Under the pieces are notes generated by a model. The model made no database searches and was not told where the DNA came from. It was given only the letters and a program-made list of their open reading frames with translations. A program made the position numbers and the translations under genes. Below, piece after piece: positions 10,632-20,988 of a stretch of DNA of 64,000 nt; position 1 is the first letter of the stretch; each line of letters starts with the position of its first letter. The stretch covers positions 2,463,470-2,527,469 of the forward strand of contig NZ_CP059557.1 in NCBI RefSeq assembly GCF_022828475.1, read 5' to 3'. The DNA comes from Saccharopolyspora gloriosae. GTDB taxonomy: Bacteria; Actinomycetota; Actinomycetes; Mycobacteriales; Pseudonocardiaceae.

Positions 10632-12805
10632 TGCCCAGCCGACTCGACGGTCCGGTGAAGGCCACCGGCCGCGCCAAGTACGGCGTGGACCACAACTTCC
10701 CGGGCATGACCTACGGGTACCTCGTGCTCAGCACCATCGCGAACGGCGAGATCGCGTGGATGGACCTCACCGCCGCGCGGAGTGCTCCCGGTGTGCTCGC
10801 GGTGTACTCGCCGTTCGATCCGCTGGAGCTGGCCACGCCCACGCTCCCGGCGTTCGGCGACACTTGGGTTCCGTTGCAGGACAAGGAAGTCGCGTACTAC
10901 GGCCAGCCGATCGGTTTTGTGGTCGCCGAGACCTTCGAGCAGGCTCGCGATGCCGCGATGCTGGCCGAGATCGCCTACCACGAGCGGCCCGCGTCGACCT
11001 CGCTGGAGGACGGCCTCGCGACCGCCGAGGACGCGCCGAGTTCGGACCACGGCGGCGGACCCTCGCTGGAGGTGCTCGCCGACGGCATCGAGTCCATTGA
11101 GGACGCTTTCGCGGCAAGCCCGGTGGTGGTGTCGCAGACCTACTCGACGGCATCGCAGAACCACGCCCCGATGGAGCCGCATTCCGCCGTCGCGCAGTGG
11201 GATTCCGAGGGGCTCACCATCCACAGTGGAACTCAGGGTTCCGACATGCAGGCCGCCGAGCTGTCGATGGCCCTGCGGCTGGACCCGTCCCAGGTGCACG
11301 CGGTGAACCCGTACGTCGGGGGCGCGTTCGGCGGCAAGGGCCGCACCTCGGCGCCCGCGTTCCTGGCGGCGGCCGCGTCCAAGGAGCTCGGCAGGCCGGT
11401 GAAAGCCTCGCTGACCCGCGAGCAGGTGTTCACCGTGACCGCGGGCCGCGCGGCCACGGTGCAGGAGGTCACGCTCGGCGCGGAGCGGGACGGCACGTTC
11501 GTCGCGGTCCGCCACGACTCGTGGTGCAGCACCGGCATCGACCGGTCCTTCGTGGAGCCGACCTCGCACGGCACCTCCCGCGAGTGGTACGCCACGCCGA
11601 ACCTGTCGCTGCGGCAGAAGATGGTGCCGCTGAACCTGCCGCCGACCACCTTCATGCGCGCTCCCGGCGAGGCGCCCGGCTCCTTCGCGCTGGAGAGCGC
11701 GGTCGACGAGCTCGCGGTCGCGCTGGAGATGGACCCGATCGAGCTGCGGCTGCGGAACAATTCGCTCGCGCCGCCCGGCAAAGACCTGCAATGGTCGAGC
11801 AAGTACCTCGACGACTGCTTCCGGATCGGCGCGCAACGCTTCGGCTGGGACCAGCGCACTCCGGGCGGGCGCACCGACGGCGACTGGCTGGTCGGGGTCG
11901 GTACGGCCACGGCCATGTTCCCCGCGCTGCGCTTCCCGGCTTCGGTGCGGGTCACGCTCGGCGCGGACGGCCGGGCGGAGGTCGCGACCAGCGGCGCGGA
12001 CCCCGGCACCGGTTTGCTGACGGTGCTCTCGCTGGTGGGAGCCGAAACGCTCGACATCGCCCCGGAACGGGTGACACCGCGGCTGGGTGACTCGTCGCTG
12101 CCGCCGGGCGGCATGTCCGGTGGCTCCACGGCCACCGCCAGCGCGGGCTCGGCGGTGATGGTCGCGGCGTCCTCGGCGCTCGACGCACTGCTGTCGCTGG
12201 CCGCCGAGCCGGGTGCGCCTTTCGAAGGCGCGGAGGTCACCTACGCCGACGGGCAGCTGTTCGCCGACGGCCGGAGCATGCCGTTCGGCGAGCTGCTGCG
12301 GGCCATCGGCCGCGATTCGCTGTCGGCGACGGGATCCTCGGCGCCGGGCGAGGAGCTCACGAAGCACTCGTTCAGCTCCTTCGGCGCCCAGTTCTGCGAG
12401 GTCCGGGTGCACCGCTGGACTCGGGAGGCACGGGTGTCGAGGCTGCTCGGGGTGTTCGACGCGGGCCGGATCATCAACGAGAAGGCTGCCCGCAGCCAGC
12501 TCAGCGGCGGCATGATCTGGGGCGTCTCGGCGGCGCTGCACGAGGGCATGGAGGTCGAATCGAACGGCCGCATCGCCAACGGTGACTTCGCCGGGTACCT
12601 GCTGCCGGTGCACGCGGACATCCCCGACATCGACGTGCGTTTCGTCGAGCACCCGGACACCCTGCACAACCCGGTCGGAGCCCGGGGCGTGGGCGAGATC
12701 GGCGCGGTCGGCATGGCGGCCGCCGTGGCCAACGCGATCTACAACGCCACCGGAACCCGAGTCCGCCACATCCCGATCACCATCGAGGACCTGCTGGAAA
12801 ACTGA
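10631..12805 (+). CDS. xanthine dehydrogenase family molybdopterin-binding large subunit
   Basis: 724 aa from ATG 10631 overlapping preceding stop (ATGA); Ald_Xan_dh_C/C2 patterns (GGAFGGKG, ...GVGEIG); long six-frame ORF trimmed. Confidence 0.85.
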   Translation: MPSRLDGPVKATGRAKYGVDHNFPGMTYGYLVLSTIANGEIAWMDLTAARSAPGVLAVYSPFDPLELATPTLPAFGDTWVPLQDKEVAYYGQPIGFVVAETFEQARDAAMLAEIAYHERPASTSLEDGLATAEDAPSSDHGGGPSLEVLADGIESIEDAFAASPVVVSQTYSTASQNHAPMEPHSAVAQWDSEGLTIHSGTQGSDMQAAELSMALRLDPSQVHAVNPYVGGAFGGKGRTSAPAFLAAAASKELGRPVKASLTREQVFTVTAGRAATVQEVTLGAERDGTFVAVRHDSWCSTGIDRSFVEPTSHGTSREWYATPNLSLRQKMVPLNLPPTTFMRAPGEAPGSFALESAVDELAVALEMDPIELRLRNNSLAPPGKDLQWSSKYLDDCFRIGAQRFGWDQRTPGGRTDGDWLVGVGTATAMFPALRFPASVRVTLGADGRAEVATSGADPGTGLLTVLSLVGAETLDIAPERVTPRLGDSSLPPGGMSGGSTATASAGSAVMVAASSALDALLSLAAEPGAPFEGAEVTYADGQLFADGRSMPFGELLRAIGRDSLSATGSSAPGEELTKHSFSSFGAQFCEVRVHRWTREARVSRLLGVFDAGRIINEKAARSQLSGGMIWGVSAALHEGMEVESNGRIANGDFAGYLLPVHADIPDIDVRFVEHPDTLHNPVGARGVGEIGAVGMAAAVANAIYNATGTRVRHIPITIEDLLEN

Positions 12806-12814
12806 TCATCCGCT

Positions 12815-12854
12815 CGAAGAAGACGCCTGGTCGTTCGGCCAGGCGTCTTCTTCG
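12815..12854 (+). terminator. strong hairpin downstream of molybdoenzyme large subunit
   Basis: 16-nt perfect inverted repeat CGAAGAAGACGCCTGG / CCAGGCGTCTTCTTCG with 8-nt loop, 10 nt after the stop codon at 12805. Confidence 0.6.
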
Positions 12855-13050
12855 TCCGCACGCCGGTTCAGAGGCTTCTGGGCCCGCGCAGAACCCGTTC
12901 GTAGAACGCCTCGACCGGACCTGGCAAGAGTTCACCAGGATCGATCGTCCGGGCGAACAGCGTTATGTAACCGGAGTTGGCCGTCTGTGTCGAACAGTTG
13001 GGATGCAGTCGTGGCGGCGCCCTGGGGGAGTCGTTGAGTGGGGGCATCGG

Positions 13051-13283
13051 TCACCTCGGCGGATTCGCCCTGGCCCAGTCGCGGGCTTTGCGGGCGACGT
13101 CGTGGTCGTCGTTCCAGGCGCGAGCGACGGGAACAGTATCGAGAAGGGCGTGGTCGCCGCGTGTTCCGCGTTGGTCCCCGGAGTGCACCGTGAAGGCGAT
13201 ATCGGGGCGCCCCCAGCGCACGGTGATGTCGCGTTCGGGCAGGTAGTGCCAGGCGCAGGGCAGCCCGTAGTTGCGGGGTTTCA
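13051..13283 (-). CDS. hypothetical small protein (77 aa)
   Basis: Short ORF with strong GC3 bias (~85%) and GAGGA 4 nt upstream of ATG; W/H/D-rich composition unlike GC-frame artefacts. No recognisable domain. Confidence 0.3.
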
Positions 13284-14000
13284 TGGAAGTCCTCGCGGGA
13301 AGGCGCAGCGCCGAGGGTTGCTGCGTGGGTGGGGTGTTCCGTGATGCGTCGGGGGCCGGCCGCACGGCCCGGGGAGGGAGAGGACCGTGCGGCCGGAATG
13401 CCGGACAGCGCTCGGGGGAGGGAGAACGCCGCCCGGCCCCCGGATCGGGACTGACCGAAGGACTGGTCAAGTGCCGATCCTTCCGGCGGGGATGGTCGGG
13501 GTTCTCCCCGCCGGAATCTGGTGCCGCCTGGAGGTAGGGCTGAAGGCGGCCCGGGGCTGCTAATGACGATCAGGTGGAACCAAGCAGTCTGGGACGGATC
13601 GAGGCAGGTTCGCGCGTAGCGGTCGAAGGTTCTGGCGAGCCCGCGCAGCTCAGCGGCCAGCTGGCTGCAGTCCCTGGTACGGACCTGACGCGAGTCGGCC
13701 AAGACTGTGGTCAACGCCCCGAGCCGAGCACGAGCCCGCGAAGCCTGGTCGACGACCTCACTGGTAGTCGGGGAAGCGTCCATTCCAGTGACGGACAGGT
13801 ACTCGGTTCTCCGCGCCATTGTTCGCCTCTTCCGTTGAATTCCTCGGTGTCGCAGCAACTACAGAACCGCAGTTCAGGTGCCCATTCCACCCCGATGCCC
13901 GGTGATCTTGCGGGACGTGAAATCCCTGTTGAACCGGGAGGAAACGCGGCACACTGCTGATCACATAGAGTCGCCGCGATCCACGGTGGAAGGGGAACCG

Positions 14001-15017
14001 ATGCCAACCGCGATCCGCAGTGTGCGGCAAGAACAGCGGAACTTGTCAGCCGAGCTTCGCGCCCGGTCGAAGACGTGGGCAGAGGTGGCGGCGGTGTTCG
14101 CCGAGCGCTATCACGTCAACATGCGTGCGGCGTTCCGCCTTGCGCATGGGTGGAGCCAGCGCGAAGCGGCCGACGCCTGGAACGAACGCTGGCCCGCCGA
14201 TCTCAAGACATTTAAGAACTTCTCCTATTGGGAGCAGTGGCCTGCCGACACCGGGCACGCCCCTTCCCTGGAAGTGCTGGGCAAGCTAGCCGCGCTGTAC
14301 GCCTGTCGGCTGTCCGACCTCGTCAGCGACGTGGCCGACTTCCGCTCGGCCGACACCGCTCACCGGCAGAACGAGCAGCTCGCAGCCTTGAACAGCGCCG
14401 ACGACTCAGTGTGCGAATTCGTCACCAGGCTTGACCAGATCGACGTCCACGAGCTGGCGAATCTGGCTACTGCGTGGGCGCGGAGCAACGGCAACAGCCT
14501 CGACCGTCGTTCCCTGTTACTGAAGGTCAGCGCCGCTCTTTCGCTCGCCTCGACCAGCCCCGTCCTCACCGACGATGCGGAAGCCCATGCAGCTTCGCTG
14601 CCGCAGGCGAGTGACGATTTCTCCGGTATCTGGCACAGCCGATACGTCTACCCCAGCACCGGTCGCGGCAACAACTTCACCGGCGAACACTACGTCGTCG
14701 TACGCCAACACGGTGCCCGGCTCCTGGGGCAGAGCGTGCCGCACACGCTCGGGTCACGCCTGCGGCTCGACCTCGGTGTCGAGAAGTCCGTCGCCACGGG
14801 AACCTGGCGGGAAAACACCTCGCCCACCGGTTACTACAAGGGCGCCGCGTTCCACGGCACCCTGCAAATGGTCGCTGACCCCTCCGGTCGTCGTATGACC
14901 GGAATGTGGCTCGGGTTCGGCCGCGACTTCAGCATCAACAGCGGAGAATGGGAACTCACCTTGTGCGAGACCACGATCTCTAAGACCGCCCAACGCGCCT
15001 ACCACGACAAGGTCTGA
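14001..15017 (+). CDS. XRE-like HTH-domain regulator with uncharacterised C-terminal domain
   Basis: 338 aa from ATG 14001 (GGAAGGGGA upstream); N-terminal HTH-like segment ([10 protein letters not shown]); lower-GC than surroundings. Confidence 0.45.
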   Translation: MPTAIRSVRQEQRNLSAELRARSKTWAEVAAVFAERYHVNMRAAFRLAHGWSQREAADAWNERWPADLKTFKNFSYWEQWPADTGHAPSLEVLGKLAALYACRLSDLVSDVADFRSADTAHRQNEQLAALNSADDSVCEFVTRLDQIDVHELANLATAWARSNGNSLDRRSLLLKVSAALSLASTSPVLTDDAEAHAASLPQASDDFSGIWHSRYVYPSTGRGNNFTGEHYVVVRQHGARLLGQSVPHTLGSRLRLDLGVEKSVATGTWRENTSPTGYYKGAAFHGTLQMVADPSGRRMTGMWLGFGRDFSINSGEWELTLCETTISKTAQRAYHDKV

Positions 15018-15021
15018 CGGT

Positions 15022-15939
15022 TCAGCTCAGCACAGCCACGATCGTTGTCCCCGGCGCGAAGTCGCCGGACCCAATCCGCTGGAACACGCCGGACATCATC
15101 TTGGCCTCATATACCCAGTCTAGGGCGATACCGTGCCTGGACTGGAAATCCGAGATGAAGCTGTCCAGCTCAGGCTTGCGCTTCGCGTAGCCCCCGAAGT
15201 GGAAGTCGTGGTCCAGCTCCCAGTTGCCGGTCGTCACACCGAATCCCTCGCGCTGTAGTCGCCGTACCTCGCCAGCGAGGTACTGTCCGCCCTTCAAGAC
15301 GGTGAAGCCGAGAGCGCGTTGATGTCCTGCGAGTCCAGCAGCGATGGCGGCCACCGTGCCGCCACTTCCTGTAGCGCAGCACACGACGTCAACATCGACA
15401 TCGATCTCATCCACGACCTCGGCGCAGCCGCGAACGCCAAGTCCGTTGCTACCGCCCTCCGGCAGGAAGTAGCAGGGACCGAATTCCGCTGCGAGCGCGC
15501 CCAGCACGTCAGGTTCGGTCTTGCGCCGGTACGTGCCGCGATCCAAGTAGGTCAGCATCATCCCCCGGCCAACGGCGTAGGCCAACGACTCGTTGAGCGG
15601 TAGGTGCTCCTCACCCCGAACCACTCCGACCGTTTCGAACCCGAAGTAATGCCCTGCTGCAGCCGTCGCCCGGAGATGGTTCGAGAACGCCCCGCCGAAC
15701 GTCAGCAGACGGCTGTCCCTTCGGTCCTTCGCCGCGGCCAGGTTGTACTTCAGCTTCCGCCACTTGTTGCCAGGCACTTCCGGATGGAGGAGGTCATCCC
15801 GCTTCAGCCAAACCCGCACACCGCGCTCGCTCACGCGCTCATCACGCAGTTCAACCAGCGGCGACGGCACCACCACCAGCCCACTGGCCTCAGCCTCCGT
15901 CGGATCCACAGTCCGAGGATAAGGCGCCGGGCGGGTCAT
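15022..15939 (-). CDS. PLP-dependent ACC deaminase/D-cysteine desulfhydrase family enzyme
   Basis: 305 aa; PALP fold pattern, lysine motif FSNHLRATAAAG, GGSNGLG glycine loop; trimmed from a 461-aa six-frame ORF. Confidence 0.75.
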   Translation of the reverse strand: MTRPAPYPRTVDPTEAEASGLVVVPSPLVELRDERVSERGVRVWLKRDDLLHPEVPGNKWRKLKYNLAAAKDRRDSRLLTFGGAFSNHLRATAAAGHYFGFETVGVVRGEEHLPLNESLAYAVGRGMMLTYLDRGTYRRKTEPDVLGALAAEFGPCYFLPEGGSNGLGVRGCAEVVDEIDVDVDVVCCATGSGGTVAAIAAGLAGHQRALGFTVLKGGQYLAGEVRRLQREGFGVTTGNWELDHDFHFGGYAKRKPELDSFISDFQSRHGIALDWVYEAKMMSGVFQRIGSGDFAPGTTIVAVLS

Positions 15940-15968
15940 GAAGGAGGTAAAGGCGGGCCTCAACGGAA

Positions 15969-16991
15969 CTAGGCGTCGTCGCCCCGTGAGATGGCCAGCG
16001 CGGCGGCCTTCACCGGTGCCCAGCCGCTGCGGGTCTCGTGCCTCTTGCCGTCGTCGGCGTTCCAGTAGTTGAGGTCGTAGTCGCCGTCGTCGTCGCCGGG
16101 ATCGCCGTCGGGGTTCTCCCCGTTGTTCTTGAGCGTGCGGATTCCGCAGTGCGTGACTTGTCGCTCGGGCTCGTTGCAGGCGTCGTTGGCGGGCGTTCTG
16201 TTGCTGTCCCAGTACCGGTACTTGTGATCGGCGTGGTGGCCCAGGTCGATGGCCGAGTTCCCGTTGACCGTCTCGTCCTGGTTGGATCCGACGAAGCTCC
16301 AGTCCGTCGATTTCGCCCAGTCGTCGGTCAGCTTGTAGTCGTGCAGCACGTCGATGAACTTGGAGTCGGGGTTCATCTGCTGCCACTGGGTCGTGCCGTT
16401 GTTGCACGAGTCCTTGGGATCGTCCTTGTCCTCGCAGATCACACCGTTGTGCGGAGTTCCGAGGGTGACGATCTGGTCGACGTTGATCTTCGGGAAGTTC
16501 TGTTCGCCCCAGTGCTCGTGGCCGAACATCGCGGTTCGCGTGATCAGCCCGCCCATCGAATGAGCCACGATGTTGACCGGTTCGTCGCCGTGCTTCTTCT
16601 TGATGTAGGCGGCGAGGTCTTGGGCGATGTACTGGATTTTGGTGTCGCGGGTGGCGTCGTTCTCATCCGCGGGATTGATGTCCACGTCGCACTTGTCGTC
16701 CGGGTAGTAGCCCACGGTGATGAGCTGTTTCTCGTCCCAGCCGTGGTCCTTGAAGTAGTCCAGCGCCGGACCCCACGTCTTGGAGCAGTTCTTTCCCTTG
16801 TCCTTGTTGCCGTCGCCGTCCACGTCCTCGTAGCCGTAGCCGTGCACGAAGTAGACGGGCAGGTCCTTGGCGCCCTTCTCGGCTTCGGTTCCGGCTGCCT
16901 GGGCGCTCAAGGCAGGTCCGGCGAGCGCTATCAGCGAGGTCGTGGACATGACGGCGATGAACCGCGATGATTTGTTGAACACAGTTGCCAA
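15969..16991 (-). CDS. secreted lipase, Lipase_2 (Bacillus LipA-like) alpha/beta-hydrolase
   Basis: Signal peptide then PVYFVHGYG and VNIVAHSMGG (GxSxG nucleophile elbow) as in Bacillus LipA; D/N/K-rich composition and lower GC. Confidence 0.75.
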   Translation of the reverse strand: MATVFNKSSRFIAVMSTTSLIALAGPALSAQAAGTEAEKGAKDLPVYFVHGYGYEDVDGDGNKDKGKNCSKTWGPALDYFKDHGWDEKQLITVGYYPDDKCDVDINPADENDATRDTKIQYIAQDLAAYIKKKHGDEPVNIVAHSMGGLITRTAMFGHEHWGEQNFPKINVDQIVTLGTPHNGVICEDKDDPKDSCNNGTTQWQQMNPDSKFIDVLHDYKLTDDWAKSTDWSFVGSNQDETVNGNSAIDLGHHADHKYRYWDSNRTPANDACNEPERQVTHCGIRTLKNNGENPDGDPGDDDGDYDLNYWNADDGKRHETRSGWAPVKAAALAISRGDDA

Positions 16992-17614
16992 CCCCTCAGT
17001 TTCCCCAGTTGCGAGTGGCCGTACGGCACCGATCTTTTCGCGGCCGACACGCTAGCAGGGCCGGATCGTGCTGTGGGGTGGATCGCCCGAGGTCCGAAGC
17101 GGATCGGCGTGAAGTTCCTTCGCGGGCCGGGACCGGTGAAAAGGACACTGCCGGCACGGATTCGACGCTCAGATCGGTGCGTCGGATCCGCATGGGGACC
17201 AGGAATCGACCGGTGACGTCGCGTAGTTCCTCTTCGTCGTCGGGGTCATCGAGTTCGCTGAGGTGACCAGAAACCTCCGCATCCGCGAAGCGATCAAATC
17301 CGGCGTCCGAGCCATGTGATCCGAACCGGCGACCGATTCCGAGAAGGCGCGGATCGGCCGGACGTCCAGTGCGAGTGCGGCTTCGGCCGCTGCGCGGATC
17401 GGCCGCCGTCCGCAGGCGACAGCCTCTCGCGTCGACGGCGCAGGAACTCGGCGAGACCGGGCGGATCGATCATTCGGCGAGCGTGAGCAGAACTGCCGCC
17501 GGAGCCAGGACCACGTTGGTCGTGGACGGGGTGGTTATGAGTTCGGTGGTGGCCGGTTCGTGCTGCGATGGTGTGGAAGGTCTCGTGCGCACCCCGTCAC
17601 CCTGAACCGGGGTT

Positions 17615-18124
17615 GTGGGTAGGGCCCGCCAAGTGCTTGCCACCATTCTCGTCGAGTTTCCGTGGATGACGACGGTTGCTCTCGTGGGGCTGGTCGTCGT
17701 CGGACCCCTTGCCGGAGCTTGGCTGGCTCCGAGGTCGCGGATGACGGGAGTCCTGCTCGGACTGTCGACCTTGGTGATCGCGCTGGCCACTCTTTTTCCT
17801 GCGAGCGGCGAGCCGGTGGTCGGCTGCACGATCGAATGGGACTTCCCCACCCTCGGCGCGGTGGAGCTCATGGGAAACCTGGTCTTGTTCGTTCCAGCGG
17901 TTCTGCTGGCGGGAGTCTTGACCCAACGGCCACTCGGCGTGCTGATCGCAGCGAGCGGGGCTTCGTTGCTGGTCGAGGTGATTCAAGCGTTCGCTACCGT
18001 GCTCGGGAGGAGCTGTTCGACCAACGATTGGCTCTCCAACACGCTCGGTGCCTTGCTGGGGACTGTCCTGGCTGCGGCTGCGCTGCGAATCGCGCGGCCC
18101 ACGGCCCGGCCACAGCAGGTCTGA
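17615..18124 (+). CDS. VanZ family membrane protein
   Basis: 169 aa, 4 TM; NLVLFVPAVLLAG and C-terminal pattern typical of VanZ-like proteins. Confidence 0.6.
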   Translation: MGRARQVLATILVEFPWMTTVALVGLVVVGPLAGAWLAPRSRMTGVLLGLSTLVIALATLFPASGEPVVGCTIEWDFPTLGAVELMGNLVLFVPAVLLAGVLTQRPLGVLIAASGASLLVEVIQAFATVLGRSCSTNDWLSNTLGALLGTVLAAAALRIARPTARPQQV

Positions 18125-18296
18125 GCGGTTGCTGCACGAGGCGCGGGGGAGGTCGTCCGTTGACGGCTCCGCACAAGCGCGACGTCGTGGGACCGTGTTC
18201 TCCAGGGTCTGGCGGAGCCCGCCGGCCTGCGCGGTCGGCGGGCTTCCGGGCGTCAGTGCTGAAGCCGGGGCGAACCGTTGATCGGGGCCTCGTCGG

Positions 18297-18584
18297 CTAT
18301 TTCTCGTACTCGGGTCCGGTTCGAGTGGCCGCATCTCCCGCCAGCGCGGCGGTCGGCGCCGGAACCGGATCCGGATGCCAGAAATCCGCTCCCTTGATGT
18401 TCAGCGCCTTCGGATCGAAGACCGGGTCGATGCCGAGCCTGCGCTGCCGGTCGTAGTCGCGGCAGACCTTGTACACGACCGGGAACAGCAGCATGAGGCA
18501 CACGAGGTTGACCCAGGTGATGAGGCCGAGTCCGATGTCGCCCGCCGGCTGATCACTCGGCGGGCGTCCTTCCGCCCCGGATCA
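18297..18584 (-). pseudogene. C-terminal remnant of an AGCS (alanine/glycine:cation symporter) family transporter
   Basis: In-frame translation from stop at 18582: ...DIGLGLITWVNLVCLMLLFPVVYKVCRDYDRQRRLGIDPVFDPKALNIKGADFWHPD, matching the conserved C-terminus of AGCS symporters; the ~350-aa N-terminal part is absent (replaced by the PfkB/NCS1 operon). Confidence 0.5.
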
Positions 18585-19512
18585 CGGCGTCGACCTCGGC
18601 GGCGATGGGGGCAGTGGCGGGACCGGGCCGGGTCACGGCGATCGCGGCCGCGACACCGGCCCGGCGCACGGCGGCCTCGAGGTCTTCACCGGCCGCCAGC
18701 CGCGCCGACATCACCCCGGCGTGGGCGTCGCCGGCACCGTTGGTGTCCACGGCGTCGACCTCGGGGGAGGGGCAGCTCAGCACGTCCCCGCCGGGGCGGG
18801 AGATGAGCGCGCCGTGCGATCCGGCGCGCAGCACCACGGTGCGGCCGGTGGCGGTGGCCAGCGCTGCCGCCACGGTGGCGCGGTCCTCGGTCTCGGCGTT
18901 CGATCCCAAGCGCCGCAACAGGATCAGCGCCTCCCGCTCGTTCGTGGTCCACACGTCGGCGCGGTCCAGCAGGACGCGCACCGAGTCGAGGCCGACGTCA
19001 CCGATCACGGGGGCGGGATCCACGACGACGGAGCACCCGGCCGGAACCGTCGGCAACCACTCCAGCAGCGCCGCGCGGTTGGCGTCGTGGACGAGGGAGT
19101 AGCCGGACACGTAGACCACGTCGCCGTTGCCCGGCTCGGTGCGGCGCAGCTGAGCGACGTCCACGGCGCTCTCGGCTCCGGCGGTGGAGACGAACGTCCG
19201 CTCCGCGCCGTCATCAACGAGGGCGACGCTGAACCCGGTGTCGGCGCCGGGATCGGCGGGGGCGGCGAGCTCCACGTCCTCGGGCGCCAGCGCCGCGCGC
19301 ACGATGTCCCCGAACGGGCCGGTGCCGTGGCCGCCCGCGTACACGACCCGAGCACCGTCGCGCGCGGCGGCGAGCATGACGTTCACGCCGCCGCCCGCGA
19401 GGAACTCGTGTCCGGAGGCGAACACGTCGCCGCCGGGAGCCGGCACCGAGGGCACTCGCAGCACGAGGTCGACGACGGCCTGTCCGGTGTGGATCACGCG
19501 GCCGGGACTCAT
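18553..19512 (-). CDS. PfkB-family carbohydrate/nucleoside kinase (ribokinase-like)
   Basis: ~318 aa; N-terminal GG motif (FLAGGGVNV), C-terminal DTNGAGDAHAG anion-hole motif; ATG overlaps stop of upstream permease (ATGA). Confidence 0.85.
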   Translation of the reverse strand: MSPGRVIHTGQAVVDLVLRVPSVPAPGGDVFASGHEFLAGGGVNVMLAAARDGARVVYAGGHGTGPFGDIVRAALAPEDVELAAPADPGADTGFSVALVDDGAERTFVSTAGAESAVDVAQLRRTEPGNGDVVYVSGYSLVHDANRAALLEWLPTVPAGCSVVVDPAPVIGDVGLDSVRVLLDRADVWTTNEREALILLRRLGSNAETEDRATVAAALATATGRTVVLRAGSHGALISRPGGDVLSCPSPEVDAVDTNGAGDAHAGVMSARLAAGEDLEAAVRRAGVAAAIAVTRPGPATAPIAAEVDAVIRGGRTPAE

Positions 19513-20984
19513 TTCGCACCCGCCGCGGACCGGAGGCCGAACACCGCGTAGAGCAGCCCGCCGAGGCCGGCGGCGAGGATCCACGACATGCCGTTGGTTC
19601 CGATCCACGTGTCGTACATCGGCCCCGTGTACAACGGAACATCGCCTGGAGTGACCTGCATGAACAGGGCCGCGACGACGATCGCGGCCAGCCACGACCC
19701 GAGGGCGGACCAGCGCACGCCGCCGGTGTAGTAGTAGGCGCCCCGCCGGCTCAGGTCCAGGAGTGCTTCGGGGTCGTAGTCGCGGCGCCGGATCATGTCG
19801 ACGAGGAAGATCCCCACCCACGCCGAGATCGGCACGGCCAGCAGCGAGATGAACGTCGTGAACGGTCCGTAGAACCCGTCGGCGACGAGCAGGAACAGCA
19901 GCGACCCGATCGTTGTGATGACCACGTCGACGATCACCGCGTACACCCGCTTGACCCGCAGCCCGAGGGTGAGGGTCGTCAGGCCCGCCGAGTACACCGA
20001 CAGGTGGTTGGACAGCAGCAGGCCGATGAAGGAGATCACCATGTAGCCGACTGCGATCCAGGTCGGCAGGCTGTCGCGGATGGCATCGAGGGGATTCGCG
20101 GCCGTGGCGATCGCCGGATCGGACGCGCCGAGCACCGACCCCATGCCGATCATGACCACCAGCGGGATGCCCGCACCGGCGGCCGCGGACATCACCAGCG
20201 GCAGGGCGCGCACGGTCGGGGCCTGGTAGCGGGCCATGTCCGCACCGGAGTTCGCCCAGCCGATGCCGGTGCCCGCGACGATGGTGCCGATCCCGGTCAG
20301 CACCGCGGCCAGACCGCCGCTCGGTGTCCGCCCCACTTCCGCCCAGTCGATGTTGACGACCAGGAATGCCAGGAGCAGCAGGTTGACCGCCCCGAAGATC
20401 CAAGTGGACCACTTCTGGACGACCAGGATCACGGCGTGGCCCATGCCGGACACGGCGACGGTGAATCCGACGAACAGCGCCACACCGGCGACGGCGACCA
20501 GCGGCGCGGATTTCGCGTCCTCACCGGTGCCGGTGAGCAGCGAGACGCTCGTGACGATGGCGAGAGCGGCCGTCGAGGTGTTCACCGTCTCCCAGCCGAG
20601 CCGCGACACGAGCGCGATCGCCGTCGGCCCCGCGTTGCCGCGAGTGCCGAAGACGGCGCGGGACAAGGTGAGGCTCGGCGCCCCGCCGCGCCGCCCGGCG
20701 ACGGAGATCAGGCCGACGACGGCGAAGGACCCGAACGCGCCGATGACCGCGACGATGAGGGCCTGCCACACGGACAGGTCGAGGGCCACGAGGCTGACCC
20801 CGAGCGGCATGCCGACCACGGAGATGTTCGCGGCGAACCACACCCAGAACAGCTGCATCGGATTCCCGCGGCGTTCCGCAACGGGCACGGGTTCGATACC
20901 GCGCTGCTCCACCGCACCGAGCGCGCCGGTTTGCGGGGGTTCTAAGGGTTTCGCCGCCGTGGATCCGGTGGGAGTCTCGGACAC
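19509..20984 (-). CDS. NCS1 family nucleobase:cation symporter (purine-cytosine/allantoin permease-like)
   Basis: 491 aa, 12 TM; N-terminal ERRGNPMQLFWVWFAANISV pattern typical of NCS1/CodB transporters. Confidence 0.8.
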   Translation of the reverse strand: MSETPTGSTAAKPLEPPQTGALGAVEQRGIEPVPVAERRGNPMQLFWVWFAANISVVGMPLGVSLVALDLSVWQALIVAVIGAFGSFAVVGLISVAGRRGGAPSLTLSRAVFGTRGNAGPTAIALVSRLGWETVNTSTAALAIVTSVSLLTGTGEDAKSAPLVAVAGVALFVGFTVAVSGMGHAVILVVQKWSTWIFGAVNLLLLAFLVVNIDWAEVGRTPSGGLAAVLTGIGTIVAGTGIGWANSGADMARYQAPTVRALPLVMSAAAGAGIPLVVMIGMGSVLGASDPAIATAANPLDAIRDSLPTWIAVGYMVISFIGLLLSNHLSVYSAGLTTLTLGLRVKRVYAVIVDVVITTIGSLLFLLVADGFYGPFTTFISLLAVPISAWVGIFLVDMIRRRDYDPEALLDLSRRGAYYYTGGVRWSALGSWLAAIVVAALFMQVTPGDVPLYTGPMYDTWIGTNGMSWILAAGLGGLLYAVFGLRSAAGAK

Positions 20985-20988
20985 TGGT

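Noticed and set aside
15940-15950. Perfect AAGGAGGT Shine-Dalgarno on the plus strand between two minus-strand genes
   Set aside because: No plus-strand start codon or plausible ORF follows it; considered coincidental.
18553-20412. 619-aa extension of the PfkB kinase ORF
   Set aside because: Upstream 300 codons overlap the NCS1 permease gene out of frame; kinase starts at ATG 19512 overlapping the permease stop.
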